DNA of 64,000 nucleotides from Escherichia coli (GTDB lineage Bacteria; Pseudomonadota; Gammaproteobacteria; Enterobacterales; Enterobacteriaceae): NCBI RefSeq assembly GCF_003991155.1, contig NZ_CP031293.1; one strand, 5' to 3'. Shown piece by piece: positions 62,966 to 64,000 of this stretch (position 1 is its first letter; each line of letters starts with the position of its first letter). The notes under the pieces were generated by a model. It saw only the letters and a program-made list of their open reading frames with translations, ran no database searches and was not told where the DNA came from. The position numbers and the translations under genes were made by a program.

Positions 62966-64000
62966 GGAAGGTCTTTATGCTCGAAATGTTGATGCAATGG
63001 TATCGCCGCCGTTTTAGCGACCCGGAAGCGATTGCCTTGCTGGTTATTTTAGTTGCCGGATTTGGCATTATCTTTTTCTTTAGTGGCCTGCTTGCTCCAC
63101 TGTTGGTGGCTATTGTGCTGGCCTATTTGCTGGAATGGCCAACCGTGCGCCTGCAATCTATTGGCTGCTCCCGCCGCTGGGCGACGTCGATTGTATTGGT
63201 GGTTTTCGTCGGTATATTGCTACTGATGGCGTTCGTGGTATTGCCTATCGCCTGGCAGCAGGGCATCTACTTAATTCGCGATATGCCGGGGATGCTCAAT
63301 AAGCTTTCTGACTTTGCCGCCACGTTGCCGCGCCGCTATCCGGCGTTGATGGATGCGGGCATTATTGATGCAATGGCCGAAAATATGCGCAGTCGGATGC
63401 TGACCATGGGCGATTCGGTGGTGAAAATTTCCCTCGCCTCGCTGGTCGGTTTGCTGACCATAGCCGTCTATCTGGTGCTGGTACCATTGATGGTCTTCTT
63501 CCTGCTGAAAGACAAAGAGCAGATGCTGAACGCCGTTCGTCGGGTGCTGCCGCGTAACCGTGGGCTGGCAGGACAGGTGTGGAAGGAGATGAATCAACAA
63601 ATCACCAACTATATCCGCGGCAAAGTGCTGGAGATGATCGTGGTGGGGATCGCCACCTGGCTGGGGTTCTTACTCTTCGGGCTGAACTATTCGCTGCTGC
63701 TGGCGGTGCTGGTCGGCTTCTCGGTACTTATTCCGTACATTGGTGCATTTGTGGTGACCATTCCGGTGGTTGGCGTGGCGCTATTCCAGTTTGGTGCTGG
63801 CACGGAATTCTGGAGCTGCTTCGCGGTGTATCTGATTATTCAGGCGCTGGACGGCAACCTGTTAGTACCTGTGTTGTTCTCCGAAGCGGTTAACCTGCAT
63901 CCGCTGGTCATTATTTTATCAGTAGTGATCTTCGGTGGTTTGTGGGGATTCTGGGGCGTATTCTTCGCCATTCCGTTGGCGACGTTGATCAAAGCCGTGA
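62966..64000 (+). CDS. perM: AI-2E/PerM family permease PerM (YfgO), 3'-truncated at window edge
   Basis: ATG 62966; MLEMLMQWYRRRFSDPEAIALLVILVAGFGIIFFF... multi-TM protein with no stop before the window end (so absent from the ORF track). Confidence 0.85.

Overview
This window reads as an Escherichia coli-type chromosomal segment, in reverse orientation relative to the K-12 map as I remember it. Gene order is hcaT(partial)-csiE-yfhR-suhB-trmJ-iscRSUA-hscBA-fdx-iscX-pepB-sseB-(ryfA region)-sseA-yfhM-pbpC-ndk-rlmN-rodZ-ispG-hisS-yfgM-bamB-der-yfgJ, then an ~11.6 kb accessory island, then xseA-guaBA-yfgI-yfgH-yfgG-pdeF-ppx-ppk-purN-purM-upp-uraA-hda-arsC(yfgD)-bepA-perM(partial). The island (about 31.62-43.29 kb) sits between the convergent 3' ends of yfgJ and xseA and carries three secreted proteins and no mobility genes: an intimin/invasin-family inverse autotransporter (SinH-like), a 330-aa protein sharing its C-terminal module (SinI-like), and a 2691-aa giant protein made of nine tandem ~280-aa units (RatA/RatB-like). 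This is the same chromosomal position and gene set as the Salmonella CS54 island, so the system is not wholly undescribed, but the repeat architecture and the modules shared between the three proteins are poorly characterised and are the most interesting part of the window. The core genes are ordinary; secondary observations include an apparently mosaic hisS 5' end, a CTG start for hda, tandem IscR sites, a perfect FNR box upstream of pdeF, a PurR box upstream of purMN, and a small SD-preceded ORF in the ryfA region. All calls rest on reading the ORF translations and sequence by eye plus recalled family knowledge; no database search or computation was run.
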